In this document: piece after piece, positions 34,931 to 36,087 of the stretch
How the letters are laid out: every line of letters begins with the position of its first letter
Numbering within the stretch: the first letter of the stretch is position 1
Origin: a virus
Taxonomy: Duplodnaviria; Caudoviricetes
Direction: 5' to 3' (one strand)
IMG/VR virus record: IMGVR_UViG_3300033067_000649
Location: 1-36,087 of that record
Length of the DNA stretch: 36,087 bases
Notes under the pieces: model-generated
The model's database searches: none
What the model saw: only the letters and a program-made list of their open reading frames with translations
Told to the model about the DNA's origin: nothing
Made by a program: the position numbers and the translations under genes

Positions 34931-36087
34931 ATGGCAGTAGTTACTATTTCAGGCGCTCCCTTTGCGAACGGTTACGTTCCAACAATTTCAGAATGGAATA
35001 CAAATATTTTCGGTGCTTTATCAGCATCGATAAATGATATTAACTATGGACAGGTTTCAGCTTCGCTAGTCGGAGCGTTAAGCGCAGGATCGACAAGCGC
35101 ATTTGCTAACAATTCAAACGCTAAAGGTTACATCGATGGACAAATCGCAAACCTTCAAATCACACAAGAAAGTTATCGAATAGTTTCAGGGAATGCGGAC
35201 ACATGGGGCACACCGAACTTTTTACTAAGTGGCGCATCGAATGATTTCTCATGTGTTTCTGGTTTAACGGTTTATATCAACGGCACTACGATTAACTTGT
35301 CGGCAACTCAATACGCATCTGGTTTAACCTTAGCTTCGGCGGGGGTGTCTGCGACTATATCGGCAGGTATCTATGCAGGTTCTGCATTCACTCGAACAGA
35401 GGGTGAGTTCGGAGACACTGAAATTATATTAGACGGTTACGCTTCTGCTTTCACAGCAACAGCACGAATCGACACTATGCAGGCTTTTAAAACAGGTTCT
35501 GAGTTCTTTTTAGGGAAAGTTTCTAAGAAAAGTACAGCAGAACAAATTTCGATCTCTAAATGTAAACGTGGTATCGGAGCTTCGGCACGAGCAACGCTAA
35601 CAGATAACGATGTGGTCTACCTCATTGAAGCAAACTATATTTTTATGAATAGTGATGGATCACTTTCAGCTACGACTTTACCACCTAAATATCAATCAGC
35701 CGACCCTGCCTCTGGAACTAACGGGGAGTTTTATTTCAATACAAATTCTAAAGTGTGGAAACGATATTCCGGATCATGGGGAACTAATAACGCTATTCTT
35801 TTAGGTGCGATTGTATGTGATCAAACCGGAGTCGTGGCCATCGATCATGAGGACTTTGATCTATCGTGGGATTCAACTTATGAAGCTGATATCTATCCGA
35901 TTATGGAAGGGACGTCGGCGATAAGTGCCGTTTCTGGACTCTCTGCTATAGGTGTAAACATTCAAAAAGTAAGCGTAGCAGGCGAAACGGTTTACATGCC
36001 ACAACCTAGAGAATTAGTCTTATCAGCACAGCTTCTAAGTACATTAACCGAAGCAAGCGCAACTCTTTATTACTTATATCTAACACC
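34931..36087 (+). CDS. tail fibre/spike-like protein, 3'-truncated by window
   Basis: AGGAG SD; open to the window end (385 codons, MAVVTISGAPFANG...); PASGTNGEFYFNT motif; not in ORF track. Confidence 0.78.
   Translation, partial: MAVVTISGAPFANGYVPTISEWNTNIFGALSASINDINYGQVSASLVGALSAGSTSAFANNSNAKGYIDGQIANLQITQESYRIVSGNADTWGTPNFLLSGASNDFSCVSGLTVYINGTTINLSATQYASGLTLASAGVSATISAGIYAGSAFTRTEGEFGDTEIILDGYASAFTATARIDTMQAFKTGSEFFLGKVSKKSTAEQISISKCKRGIGASARATLTDNDVVYLIEANYIFMNSDGSLSATTLPPKYQSADPASGTNGEFYFNTNSKVWKRYSGSWGTNNAILLGAIVCDQTGVVAIDHEDFDLSWDSTYEADIYPIMEGTSAISAVSGLSAIGVNIQKVSVAGETVYMPQPRELVLSAQLLSTLTEASATLYYLYLT

Noticed and set aside
1-36087. tRNA genes, CRISPR array, stop-codon reassignment, introns or inteins
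   Set aside because: No cloverleaf with T-loop or spaced repeats seen by eye; TAA, TAG and TGA all end intact genes; TerL, portal and capsid appear uninterrupted

Overview
A 36 kb segment of a tailed dsDNA bacteriophage (short-tailed, P22/SU10-like head module). Nearly all genes lie on the + strand and use the standard code. Gene order: lysis genes (1-1521); an inverted NinG-type nuclease; a promoter-driven, highly structured ~300 nt non-coding region; an IbrB/IbrA (ParB + PAPS-reductase-like) pair; a recombination exonuclease and SSB; ~5 kb of small early ORFs containing a ~225 bp duplication and two more structured intergenic elements; a nine-gene coupled operon resembling nonulosonic acid (pseudaminic/legionaminic-type) biosynthesis (12651-19561); a sigma70 region-4 protein; TerS, TerL, portal, scaffold, DUF5309-type capsid; a second glycosyltransferase; a decoration/fibre cassette; adaptor, nozzle and a partial tail fibre. 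The most notable signal is a possible phage-encoded virion glycosylation system: a compact sialic-acid-like sugar pathway plus two glycosyltransferases, together with marked Ser-Ala dipeptide enrichment in surface-exposed virion proteins. No integrase, DNA polymerase, helicase, reverse transcriptase, tRNA or CRISPR array was recognised. All family calls are from motifs read by eye; no searches were run and counts are by hand.
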